Source of the DNA: Patescibacteria group bacterium
GTDB taxonomy: Bacteria; Patescibacteriota; Patescibacteriia; JACQRZ01
Assembly (NCBI GenBank): GCA_038065255.1
Contig: JBBTRI010000010.1
Coordinates: 1-57,761, forward strand
DNA length: 57,761 nt
Direction of reading: 5' to 3'
The translations under genes and the position numbers were made by a program. Below are positions 8,901 to 17,090 of the stretch, piece by piece. The notes under the pieces were generated by a model. That model ran no database searches and had not been told where the DNA came from. It worked only from the letters and a program-made list of their open reading frames with translations. Within the stretch, counting starts at the first letter, position 1. The number at the start of each line of letters is the position of its first letter.

Positions 8901-11900
8901 ACCAATTATCCCCCCCGGTCCCATTGCCTGCAATCCCGATGGATCCTGCCCTCTCGGAACAAAGAAAGATCCTCTGGCTTCATCATGTAAGTGTTTACCG
9001 GATTGCAGCGCCGGACAGAAATGCCCTGCCGGCAGCGCATGCGATAGCGTCAGTGGCGTATGTCGCGTGTCCTGTCCTCCGGATTCCAACTGCCGTTCCG
9101 ACGAACGCTGTGTTGAAAATATGTGTAGACCCATTCCCACCGGCCCCCATTGCGGTGATGGAACCATCCAGCTTGAACGTGGCGAGGAGTGTGATAACGG
9201 TTCATCGAACAATTCATCAGGAAACATCTGTACAGGTTCCTGCAAGCTCATTGCCTGTGGTCCCAAGGGTGAATGTCCCGGAGGATCCAAATGCAGTGCT
9301 GACGGCAAATGCCACCCTGTTTGCGAAAATGATAGCGATTGCAAATCTCCGCTTATATGCGATCCCACAGAAAAGGTGTGTAAACCACCCATCATAACCG
9401 TCTGTTCTCAAAAGAAATCCTGTGAACCCTCTGACGACTGCAAACTCTGCGAACCTCTCTGTACATCCGCCAACAGATGTAAGATTGTGAATCCTCCGGA
9501 CTGTGCATCGCGTAATTTATTCTCATGCCAAAAAACCGATGGTACCATTGAATGTGCTAAGCCATGCCCATCAAACGACGTAGGTGTTTGCAGTGCCGGT
9601 ACCGGCTGTTCACTCACCGATGACTGTAAACTCTGTCCTAAGTGCGCAACAGCTTCACGATGCAGCACCCCACCACCTGATTGCAAAGCTTTGGGCAAAT
9701 ACGAATGCCAGAAAAAAGATGGTAGCAAATTCTGTAGTGATGCTACCTGCGAAGAAATCCCCCCCGGTCCCATTGCCTGCAATCCCGATGGATCCTGTCC
9801 TCTCGGAACCAAGAAAGATCCTCTTGCTTCAGCATGCACCTGTCTTCCGGTCTGTGCTTCCAATACCGATTGCCCTGCCAACCAGAAATGCGATCTTGCT
9901 GCCGGCGTATGTCGCGTGTCCTGTCCTCCGGATTCCAACTGTCGTTCAGATGAACGCTGTGTTGAAAATATGTGTAAGCCCATTCCCACCGGCCCACGCT
10001 GTGGTGATGGAACCATCCAGCTTGAACGTGGCGAGGAGTGTGATAACGGTTCATCGAACAATTCATCAGGAAACATCTGTACAGGTTCCTGCAAGCTCAT
10101 TGCCTGTGGTCCCAAGGGTGAATGTCCCGGAGGATCCAAATGCAGTGCTGACGGCAAATGCCACCCTGTTTGCGAAAATGATAGCGATTGCAAATCTCCG
10201 CTTATATGCGATCCCACAGAAAAGGTGTGTAAACCACCCATCATAACCGTCTGTTCTCAAAAGAAATCCTGTGAACCCTCTGACGACTGCAAACTCTGCG
10301 AACCTCTCTGTACATCCGCCAACAGATGTAAGATTGTGAATCCTCCGGACTGTGCATCGCGTAATTTATTCTCATGCCAAAAAACCGATGGTACCATTGA
10401 ATGTGCTAAGCCATGCCCATCAAACGACGTAGGTGTTTGCAGTGCCGGTACCGGCTGTTCACTCACCGATGACTGTAAACTCTGTCCTAAGTGCGCAACA
10501 GCTTCACGATGCAGCACCCCACCACCTGATTGCAAAGCTTTGGGCAAATACGAATGCCAGAAAAAAGATGGTAGCAAATTCTGTAGTGATGCTACCTGCG
10601 AAGAGTTGCCACCGGATGATGAGGAGCAATCATGTGGTCCCAATGGACAATGTCCGGCTGGAACAACCTGTAATCCAGGTACAAATACATGCCAAGCGCC
10701 GGGTGGGCCTCAAGCACCATCCAGCCTCATACTTGCAGTCCGCTCATCTTCACAAATTGATCTTACATGGAGTGATAATTCTTCTAACGAGCGTGCATTC
10801 TTAATCTATCGCTCACTTGATAAGGGCGCTTCCTATTCACTCAGAGCAGCAGTAGCTGCACAATCAGAACAGTTGGCCGCCTATGCAGACACGGGTCTTG
10901 ATGCTCGAACAGAATATACCTATAAAATTATTGCCATAAATGCATATGGTGATTCTGATCCATCGAATGTGCAGTCGGAAACAACATCATGGCTTCCCTG
11001 CCTCATATTTTGTCCAACACCCGCTATTCCTACGGGACTTGATATGCGAGCGCTTAATGCTTCGACAATTAAAATTATTTGGAACCATGATGATAAAAAT
11101 GTTACTGCATTCAAAGTGGAGCGCACTATAAATCCCAATGATCCCGATTCATATATCACGGCATGCTCGGTAACCAATACCCAGAAGTGGTGTAATGACG
11201 GTGAGCTTAGTCCGAATACTACCTACTGGTATCGAGTCCAAGCATTGAATGGTTCGAAATTTTCTGCTCCATCCGAAGCTAAGTCCATAAAGACGCTTGG
11301 CGGCAGTGGCGGGCTTCCACCACTTGCACCCACGCAACTCACAGCGGTGGGGGATACACCATCTCAAATAACTCTTCAATGGCAGCATACAGGCGCTGAT
11401 GAGCTTGGATTTAATGTGTATAGAACAAAGAATCTCACCCAACCTTTTGAGTTTGTGAAGCGCGCCGGCAGAGATGAGCTTATATTTATCGACACAGAAA
11501 AAGAAACAAATGTGCAATCCAATTCTGATTATTGGTATCGTGTTGCCGCATTCAATGATTATGGAGAAACATTTGCCGCTGGGGATCCTGCAAAGGCCCA
11601 CACACCACTTTTTGGATGTATATTCTTTTGTAAAACACCAGTTGCTCCAACGGAAGTGAAAGCAACAAAGATTGATTCTCAAACGATCTCTTTGAGTTGG
11701 CAGCATACCGGCGCAGATCTTACCGCATTCCGTATTGAAAAAACATCAGATAGCGGCGCAACAAAAATATATCATTTTGTCACGACCGTTGGCAAAAACG
11801 AGCGCACTCATCGTGATGCAGGCTTATTGCCAGCGACGTATTCATATCGAATTACAGCATTAAATGATACACGAGAATCATCATCTGTTCTTTCAGGAGA

Positions 11901-14900
11901 TACAAGCATTACTACGGTAACTCCTCCGCAGCCAGGACAATGCGTGCCCACACAAATTGCCGGTGCGGGATTGCGCGGTATTTACTATGCTGCTGAGCAT
12001 AAGGATCCTCCATCCCAGGTGCCTGCAGGCAGCCCGCTTATCGACCGCATTGATAGCAAAATAAATTTTGACTGGAGAAATGTTCCCAATGACCCGACTG
12101 TTCCGCCGGGTTGGTACCTGGTTCGCTGGACCGGTGGCATTCGCGTGCCACAGAACGGCGAATATACATTTCATACGCGAAGTGATGACGGCATTATTGT
12201 TTCCATAGATAATAAACTTATTATAAATAATTGGACGGGACACGGCATTACAAGCGATAAAGGAAAAGTTACTCTTGAAAAAGAAGTGCTCTATCCGATA
12301 TCAATGACCTATTATGAAAATGGAGGATATGGATGGATGCAACTTTTCTGGTCAGGACCGGGTGTTGCTGTGGAAGAAATTGTGCCCACAGAGTATCTCT
12401 ATACCGATCAAGGAGCGCCAATCACTACCTGTGTGAGTCCGGACTCCGTACGTCCCTATCTTGATTCGGTATCTGTTTTGATTGATGATGCAGACAAATC
12501 CACTTCATTAAATGATCAGTTTAATTGTACTGCCGGAAAGACATGTCCAATCGGCTCAAAATCACTCCACACGTATTCACTGAAGGTATTTGGACGTGAT
12601 GCACGAAGTGGTGGATTAAGCGAAATTGTGCCATCCGGAGGAATACAATGGGGATATCCTACCGGTTCAAGCGCCATAGTCTCACTATCTCAAACTACCC
12701 CAGCTAAACCCACAAGTCGACAGATTTCTGCACTTGCCAATGGTACAGAAACTATTAGCATTCGTGTCTCTGATGTTGATGAAAATGGATACGCGAAAGT
12801 AGTTGAAAAGCAAGTTGCTGTAACGGTGTCCGCATCCACAGATTCAGGCGGAGGCGGTGGAGGAGGAGGAGGCGGCGGTACGGTGAGTGGAACATGCGCA
12901 CAGCCCCTGCGAATGGCGCTTATCGGATTTCATAGCAATACCCATCCGACCTATGATTGGATTAGACAGGCCTATCCTTCCGTTGTGGGTGTAATTGATA
13001 CGTTGAGCGATGCATCCATGCTCGCAGAAGATAATTATGATATCTATATAGTAGATAGAGCTTGGTGGAGCGCAGATTCGTATAATTCAAAACTATATAG
13101 CCTTTGGAATGATCGTGGTAAAAACGTTATTTCAATAGGAAATGATTCAACAAGCGCGTTGGATCCTATCGGTACCTATGTTGGGACTGGCGGCGCGCAG
13201 TATAATTTGGCATCAAAGCCACGCGAAGCCCATGAAGTAATGAACTCATCATTTCAGGCCTACGATCAAATTGGTGCTGTTACGGACGGGTATGCAACTG
13301 CTATTCTGACAGCAAAAAATGGCTTCACTTCTCTCTATGAGCGTGTGAGCAAGCCTGCCGGTCAAACCCATCACATGGGTCTTATTGGAAAAAATGCCAT
13401 TGGGGGTATTTGGTTCCACGATAATACAGGGGGATTATTTAATAATGATCAAGGGAAAAATGTTCTCACATCAGTTCTTGATTATATGACGAAGGATAGG
13501 CCAAGTAGAAGTGCACAGACGGCAGCCTTCAAGGAGACCTATAGCAAGCAGGTTGATCCTGCCTGTGCTCTTGGTGGCAATCTCCCTCTGGAATCAATAA
13601 CTGTGTCCGTTGATGGCGCGGCACTAGATGATCTACACCTGAGTGATCAGTTTAATTGTTCCGAAAGCTATCCATGCCCTGCAGGGGCTACGCCTTCTCA
13701 TACCTATTCAGTAACAGCATTTGGTATCGATGCGGCAGGCACAAAACAAGAGATTATACCTGATCAGGTTACCTGGTCGCTTGGCACGCCAGCATCCACA
13801 TCTATTGTGCTTAGCGGAGTTTCTGAAAACACTTCAAATAGTCAGGCAGTTGTTACGGCAAAGGCTCTCCAGGGTGGAAATTCAATTGCTGTAACAGTAC
13901 AGGGCAAAGACACTGCCGGAAATGCAACCACACTTACGAAAACCGTTACCATGAGTGTCTGTCCCCATCCATGGAGCTATGTAAATGCCGACTATGATTT
14001 TTCAATGTACTACTGTAGGGATATTGACAACACGAGCATGCTGCCCCTTCTCTCAAACCCTCCCCGTATTCGTACGGCAGTCCAGGGATTTATAGGCACA
14101 GCATTCAGTAGAGAATACATTTTCCCCTTTGTTCTTGATGCACAGAATAATCCTGATCCCAATCAAACAGATGTTATTATTATGCGCGTTGGAGATAATC
14201 CCAAGCGTCAACTTCTCAATGATTGGTACAAGGAGCGCGTGCCATTTGGATCTCCTTCTCCCATTGCACAAATTGATGGGTTTGACACCCTTCAGGATGA
14301 ATCCGGCATCTATGTTATGGCGCCAAGCACAAATGGAACTACTCCCGAACTGCGCATCTATTTCTTTGCGGTGAATAAGGGCGCAGACCCTTCTACAACA
14401 CAGCTGTTTACCAGAATGCTTTCGTGGACGAAATTCGCTTCTTCGATACCATCAGATGAAGATGGCAAAAAACTCCGCATGGATATGACTCGGTATGCGC
14501 GGTTACGATCTATTCAGAAACAGCTTGAACAGTATCGGAGGGTATCAAGCTATCCGTGCAAGTCAAACCCATCGACAACATGCTACTATCCAAATCTTGA
14601 TTCAGGAAGTTATATTTCGCATGAGAGCATTTCAATTTGGCCATCATGGAAGCAAACACTCAGTAATAATCTTGGTACAGCATTGCCGGTAGATCCTCTT
14701 CAGGAACAGGATCCGCAACCACTTGAATATCAATGCTCATTGCCGTTTAACAAGAACACCTGTTGGTATACTGAAGAAAAATGCGGTGAAAAGGGGAAGT
14801 GTTCAGAATCAGACCTCCATTGTGAAACAGCAACAAATTCATGCTTTCCGTATTTTAACGGCTCATGTGAGCATAATGCAAAAAATGAAAATGGATATTG

Positions 14901-15168
14901 CAAACCTCAATCTACGCCGTTTCAGTTGGGAACGACGGTATATAATGCCATAGAAAAAGAGAAGCATGTATTCACATACAAATCACTGAATGGTGGGCAG
15001 AACTATCAACTCTGCGGACTCTTCGATAAACCGCGCCTCATCAGAACATTTTACGGATTGGCAATTAATGATGCAAAGCCAATTTGTTTCGAGCAAGAAC
15101 CAAATCTTTCCCTTCTTGACCGTGGCATGCTACTCTTAAGAAAGATATCATCTCTTTTTCCACAATAA
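5950..15168 (+). CDS. giant (about 3,070 aa) secreted Cys-rich mosaic surface protein, putative adhesin
   Basis: A single 9.2-kb ORF. The track start at 5923 is TTG, and ATG 5950 gives a signal-like MRTFHPHLKPFFIGLCMSACVALGGISFVLAQA. Approximate domain positions are 2x IPT/TIG (6135-6672), four C-x6-C-x4-C-x4-C knots (6823-7119) and Big_5 (about 7140-7400). They continue with a Cys-heptad array (7420-8091), 4-Cys repeats (8113-8907) and units containing CGDGxxxxxEECDNG, the Myxococcus-type Cys-rich repeat (8908-10605). The C-terminal half has 4x FN3 (10718-11915), PA14 (11962-12405, with GLRGIYY...WTGGIRVPQNGEYTF...YENGG), Ig-like modules, a Gly11 tract and unassigned C-terminal domains. Confidence 0.85.
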   Translation: MRTFHPHLKPFFIGLCMSACVALGGISFVLAQATLPIIPDKPDRQLAPKQAEQPLSTAQGEAMKIDRVFPQSGPPNQFVSIEGSGFGPVAGTVVFDQNGRAVQAETKSFPLECQGLWWRNTTIIVKVPQLEAGTYMIKLKRQDGSISNQIRFVVNQGTPTPGICGLLPDNGPAGVPVRIFGSGFGRDAGKVVLGSVDLQIEDQGWNDSIIRAQTSLTDSLSGKIRVITADKTLSNPISFSFARCSPGSCGTGNACCADGSCRPDGRCEDRPPLCTYSWAFYTGDLAGTGEPCSSNEQCLSGICTNGICAQGIKGEGARCTFDAECQKGLKCENGMCKSILKKNGDKCTSSSECFSGKCENGICKNGDKKVGEQCKYDQECASGNCYNGKCAQARICPKVLKSEPTGKLAYKNSVFSLLFNQLMDEASVRAALLFRPETKGSILVKVIGTGLEAKTQAEYRPDASLKSNEAYTFVAGPDARSASSPDTIAKCAATGGNACSGTGSICDKKGSLCEGGASCSGNSSTCRGVGTVCSGKGSKCLEGATCTGTGSTCLDKGSSCTNEGSVCRKQAGCSGLNAQCGGSGVLCTGNGSICKDGAVCKGTPPIVKEEKCETSGQKCSAQGAQCTNGSTCSGVISRCTGIGAACEGNSSTCLNGAVCDGSNSTCSGVGTLCTGSESKCVNGARCTGVDPVCQGAASECTGDGSVCSAGATCNVLPPDIACGANGTCPGGLVCNPATQKCIDPPTCGLGGKCPEGLKCNSDNKCYPACGANGACPGGLVCNPKTLACTPPPSCENGKCPNGLQCNKEDNKCYPACAAKGACPAGLSCNGSNLCGLPPTCGPNGTCPNGGVCSKTDNRCYPECGANGTCPGGLVCNPNTKGCEPIIQCGIGGSCPAGYECEKSSNQCKPIIPCGPGGSCPGGKVCVPGTNTCIEPPVCGEGGKCPDGLECNPATQHCYPPCGPGGSCPSGLACKPGGTTCEVVTPIIPPGPIACNPDGSCPLGTKKDPLASSCKCLPDCSAGQKCPAGSACDSVSGVCRVSCPPDSNCRSDERCVENMCRPIPTGPHCGDGTIQLERGEECDNGSSNNSSGNICTGSCKLIACGPKGECPGGSKCSADGKCHPVCENDSDCKSPLICDPTEKVCKPPIITVCSQKKSCEPSDDCKLCEPLCTSANRCKIVNPPDCASRNLFSCQKTDGTIECAKPCPSNDVGVCSAGTGCSLTDDCKLCPKCATASRCSTPPPDCKALGKYECQKKDGSKFCSDATCEEIPPGPIACNPDGSCPLGTKKDPLASACTCLPVCASNTDCPANQKCDLAAGVCRVSCPPDSNCRSDERCVENMCKPIPTGPRCGDGTIQLERGEECDNGSSNNSSGNICTGSCKLIACGPKGECPGGSKCSADGKCHPVCENDSDCKSPLICDPTEKVCKPPIITVCSQKKSCEPSDDCKLCEPLCTSANRCKIVNPPDCASRNLFSCQKTDGTIECAKPCPSNDVGVCSAGTGCSLTDDCKLCPKCATASRCSTPPPDCKALGKYECQKKDGSKFCSDATCEELPPDDEEQSCGPNGQCPAGTTCNPGTNTCQAPGGPQAPSSLILAVRSSSQIDLTWSDNSSNERAFLIYRSLDKGASYSLRAAVAAQSEQLAAYADTGLDARTEYTYKIIAINAYGDSDPSNVQSETTSWLPCLIFCPTPAIPTGLDMRALNASTIKIIWNHDDKNVTAFKVERTINPNDPDSYITACSVTNTQKWCNDGELSPNTTYWYRVQALNGSKFSAPSEAKSIKTLGGSGGLPPLAPTQLTAVGDTPSQITLQWQHTGADELGFNVYRTKNLTQPFEFVKRAGRDELIFIDTEKETNVQSNSDYWYRVAAFNDYGETFAAGDPAKAHTPLFGCIFFCKTPVAPTEVKATKIDSQTISLSWQHTGADLTAFRIEKTSDSGATKIYHFVTTVGKNERTHRDAGLLPATYSYRITALNDTRESSSVLSGDTSITTVTPPQPGQCVPTQIAGAGLRGIYYAAEHKDPPSQVPAGSPLIDRIDSKINFDWRNVPNDPTVPPGWYLVRWTGGIRVPQNGEYTFHTRSDDGIIVSIDNKLIINNWTGHGITSDKGKVTLEKEVLYPISMTYYENGGYGWMQLFWSGPGVAVEEIVPTEYLYTDQGAPITTCVSPDSVRPYLDSVSVLIDDADKSTSLNDQFNCTAGKTCPIGSKSLHTYSLKVFGRDARSGGLSEIVPSGGIQWGYPTGSSAIVSLSQTTPAKPTSRQISALANGTETISIRVSDVDENGYAKVVEKQVAVTVSASTDSGGGGGGGGGGGTVSGTCAQPLRMALIGFHSNTHPTYDWIRQAYPSVVGVIDTLSDASMLAEDNYDIYIVDRAWWSADSYNSKLYSLWNDRGKNVISIGNDSTSALDPIGTYVGTGGAQYNLASKPREAHEVMNSSFQAYDQIGAVTDGYATAILTAKNGFTSLYERVSKPAGQTHHMGLIGKNAIGGIWFHDNTGGLFNNDQGKNVLTSVLDYMTKDRPSRSAQTAAFKETYSKQVDPACALGGNLPLESITVSVDGAALDDLHLSDQFNCSESYPCPAGATPSHTYSVTAFGIDAAGTKQEIIPDQVTWSLGTPASTSIVLSGVSENTSNSQAVVTAKALQGGNSIAVTVQGKDTAGNATTLTKTVTMSVCPHPWSYVNADYDFSMYYCRDIDNTSMLPLLSNPPRIRTAVQGFIGTAFSREYIFPFVLDAQNNPDPNQTDVIIMRVGDNPKRQLLNDWYKERVPFGSPSPIAQIDGFDTLQDESGIYVMAPSTNGTTPELRIYFFAVNKGADPSTTQLFTRMLSWTKFASSIPSDEDGKKLRMDMTRYARLRSIQKQLEQYRRVSSYPCKSNPSTTCYYPNLDSGSYISHESISIWPSWKQTLSNNLGTALPVDPLQEQDPQPLEYQCSLPFNKNTCWYTEEKCGEKGKCSESDLHCETATNSCFPYFNGSCEHNAKNENGYCKPQSTPFQLGTTVYNAIEKEKHVFTYKSLNGGQNYQLCGLFDKPRLIRTFYGLAINDAKPICFEQEPNLSLLDRGMLLLRKISSLFPQ
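7420..8091 (+). repeat. coding Cys-heptad array (C-x-G-x-G-S-x) with a 27-residue super-period
   Basis: About 33 Cys residues are spaced 7,7,7,6 repeatedly (for example CSGNSST CRGVGTV CSGKGSK CLEGAT). The array forms two blocks split by the linker CKGTPPIVKEEKC. Confidence 0.85.
8113..8907 (+). repeat. coding array of 11 units of 22-25 aa, CG-x-x-G-x-CP-x-G-L-x-CN-x5-C
   Basis: Units include CGANGTCPGGLVCNPATQKCIDPPT, CGLGGKCPEGLKCNSDNKCYPA and CGANGACPGGLVCNPKTLACTPPPS. Some units are also similar at nucleotide level (8113-8156 versus 8253-8296). Confidence 0.85.
8908..10605 (+). repeat. 2 x 849-bp in-frame tandem duplication inside the giant ORF
   Basis: Unit 1 is 8908-9756 and unit 2 is 9757-10605. 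Aligned by eye, 9154-9755 is identical to 10003-10604 (602 nt), while the first ~245 nt of each unit are diverged. The identical antisense track ORFs 9217..9411 and 10066..10260 confirm the 849-nt offset. Confidence 0.95.
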
Positions 15169-15198
15169 GATCATTTATCAAATTCATAATTTTTAGAT

Positions 15199-15978
15199 AT
15201 GTTCGACGAACAAACACAACCGCAAGCGACACCGCCGATACCACAATCTTCAAAGCAAGAGCCACAGGATATTTTTAGCGAGGTACCGGGATTACAAGCA
15301 TCTTCCAGTCAGCCACAGATTCCAGGACAGGTTGCCGGCATGCAGCAATCCTATCCTCAAGAACCACATTCGGGATTTAATCCAAAACTTATTCTTATTG
15401 TCGTTGCGATACTTGCCGTATTGGTCGTTGCCGCATTTGGCGTTCAGTTTGCATTGCGAAGTAAGCAAACATCTCAGCAGCAGCCAGTTGCCGTGCAGCA
15501 GGCACCGGTTCAACCTCCAGTACAAGAGGTCTCCGAGCCCCAAACTCCACCACCAGGGCTTATTCAGGATAATCAACAACCTATACCTCCCACACCTCCG
15601 GATCAGCTAGCAGTACCATCTGCCCTACCAACCACGCCTACTCCGGGTGAGGCACTAGTACCACTCACGCAATCCGCCACCGATACTGACGGTGATGGAT
15701 TGCTCGATGACGAGGAGCTGCAGCTTGGTACAGATCCTGCAAAGTCAGATAGCGATAGTGATGGCTTAGCAGACGGGCAAGAAGTAAAAACATATAAAAC
15801 AAATCCAGTGGTTGCCGATAGTGATTCTGATGGTCTCGATGATTCAAAGGAATTAACAGTGTATAAATCTGATCCGCTTAATCCAGATACGGATGGAGAT
15901 GGTTATCTTGATGGTTCAGAAGTTAGCAATGGATATAGTCCGCTTGGTCCAGGTGCCTTGACAGCACCAATGCAGTAA
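15199..15978 (+). CDS. single-pass membrane protein with four thrombospondin type-3-like Ca-binding repeats
   Basis: P/Q-rich N-terminus, then a TM segment (LILIVVAILAVLVVAAFGVQFAL) and a P/Q-rich linker. These are followed by DTDGDGLLDDEE, DSDSDGLADGQE, DSDSDGLDDSKE and DTDGDGYLDGSE. Confidence 0.8.
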   Translation: MFDEQTQPQATPPIPQSSKQEPQDIFSEVPGLQASSSQPQIPGQVAGMQQSYPQEPHSGFNPKLILIVVAILAVLVVAAFGVQFALRSKQTSQQQPVAVQQAPVQPPVQEVSEPQTPPPGLIQDNQQPIPPTPPDQLAVPSALPTTPTPGEALVPLTQSATDTDGDGLLDDEELQLGTDPAKSDSDSDGLADGQEVKTYKTNPVVADSDSDGLDDSKELTVYKSDPLNPDTDGDGYLDGSEVSNGYSPLGPGALTAPMQ

Positions 15979-16021
15979 CTCCCACTATTTTGAAATGTAA
16001 GAATACGTTCCTATTCCCTGT

Positions 16022-17086
16022 ATGTTTGAATTTATTGAAGAAGACTTATCTCTTCAACAACAAGATCAATCTGAAAAAAAAGATGCCGGCATTCAGCCGC
16101 CTCCTTCTGGCGAGCTTGCAGTTACGGTGATGCCGGAGCGTTTTCGTCCTGTTATAAAAAAGAAACAGAAAGGCAGTTTTCTGATGATCATTGTTGTTGT
16201 ATTGTTTGTTGTTATTGCACTTTCCTCTATTGTTGTACTATATCTCTTGAGTCAACCTCAGAAAGTGCAGCCACCGCAGCCAATTCAGGAACAATCTAAA
16301 CAAGAGGAATCAAAAACCGCTGAGGAGCTACCAAGCGAGCAGCCAGCAGAGCAGTCGGCTACGAGTACTCCATCTACAACTGAACAGCCAATCCAAGCAC
16401 AATCTGGCTCGCCAATTACCTCAGAAGGACAGCAGCAAGCACAGCAACAGCAAAAACCCGTAGCGTCCATATCGCCAACTACCGCACTTACACAGGGCAC
16501 AGACACCGATGGCGATGGTCTCACCGATGCCGAAGAACGTCTCTATGGTACGTCTATTGATACGCCAGACACCGATGGGGATGGTTTTTTTGACGGTGAA
16601 GAATTAAAAAAGCTTTTTGACCCTACAAAACCCTCAGCTCGACTAGATTCATCTTCATTGGCCTATACCTACACCAATCAGACGTTTAAATATAGGGTAC
16701 TCTACCCATCATCTTGGGCAGCAAAAGCAATTAATACAACAGAACGAGAAGCAATTTTTACCTCAGCAACCGGCGAATTTATGTCATTAAAAGTTGAGGA
16801 CAATCCTCAAGCACTTTCCCCGCTTGATTGGTATGTCACTGTGAAGGATCAGGGAATTAATCCTGCCCAACTCCAAACAATTACCGGTGACACGTGGATG
16901 GGCGTAACAAGTAGTGATAGTCGCAGTATTTACTTTGTTCGGCGTTCGGAAAAATCAGCGGTTAGCGCGCCACTCATGTATGCACTTACCTATAACCTTA
17001 ATGCAAAAAATGAAGTGAATTTTCTTGCTACGTTCCAGATGATGATTCAAAGCTTCACATTTACCGACCTTACGTTTGTAAAATAG
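16022..17086 (+). CDS. single-pass membrane protein with two TSP3-like repeats and an unassigned C-terminal globular domain
   Basis: TM segment (FLMIIVVVLFVVIALSSIVVLYLL), a Q/P/E/S-rich linker, then DTDGDGLTDAEE and DTDGDGFFDGEE. A C-terminal domain of about 150 aa has no family I recognise. Confidence 0.8.
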   Translation: MFEFIEEDLSLQQQDQSEKKDAGIQPPPSGELAVTVMPERFRPVIKKKQKGSFLMIIVVVLFVVIALSSIVVLYLLSQPQKVQPPQPIQEQSKQEESKTAEELPSEQPAEQSATSTPSTTEQPIQAQSGSPITSEGQQQAQQQQKPVASISPTTALTQGTDTDGDGLTDAEERLYGTSIDTPDTDGDGFFDGEELKKLFDPTKPSARLDSSSLAYTYTNQTFKYRVLYPSSWAAKAINTTEREAIFTSATGEFMSLKVEDNPQALSPLDWYVTVKDQGINPAQLQTITGDTWMGVTSSDSRSIYFVRRSEKSAVSAPLMYALTYNLNAKNEVNFLATFQMMIQSFTFTDLTFVK

Positions 17087-17090
17087 GAAT

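Noticed and set aside
8908-10605. The identical-plus-diverged repeat pair could be a diversity-generating retroelement template/variable repeat.
   Set aside because: There is no reverse transcriptase anywhere in the window. Both copies are in frame within the same gene, and the substitutions I compared are not restricted to adenine positions.
8820-10643. Long antisense ORFs (8820..9395, 9408..10244 and 10257..10643 on the minus strand), plus same-strand off-frame ORFs within the giant gene.
   Set aside because: They mirror the tandem repeat exactly and have low-complexity, proteome-atypical sequences. They are explained by the biased codon composition of the Cys/Gly/Pro-rich sense frame.
8100-10650. 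The regularly spaced repeats could be mistaken for a CRISPR array or other non-coding tandem repeat.
   Set aside because: They lie in one continuous 9.2-kb reading frame, and the periods are multiples of 3. The units encode Cys-rich protein modules, there are no unique spacers of constant length, and no cas genes are present.
12847-12879. Gly11 codon tract as a slipped-strand phase-variation switch.
   Set aside because: The tract mixes GGC, GGA and GGT codons rather than being a homopolymer or perfect short repeat. Its length is a multiple of 3, so slippage would not shift the frame.
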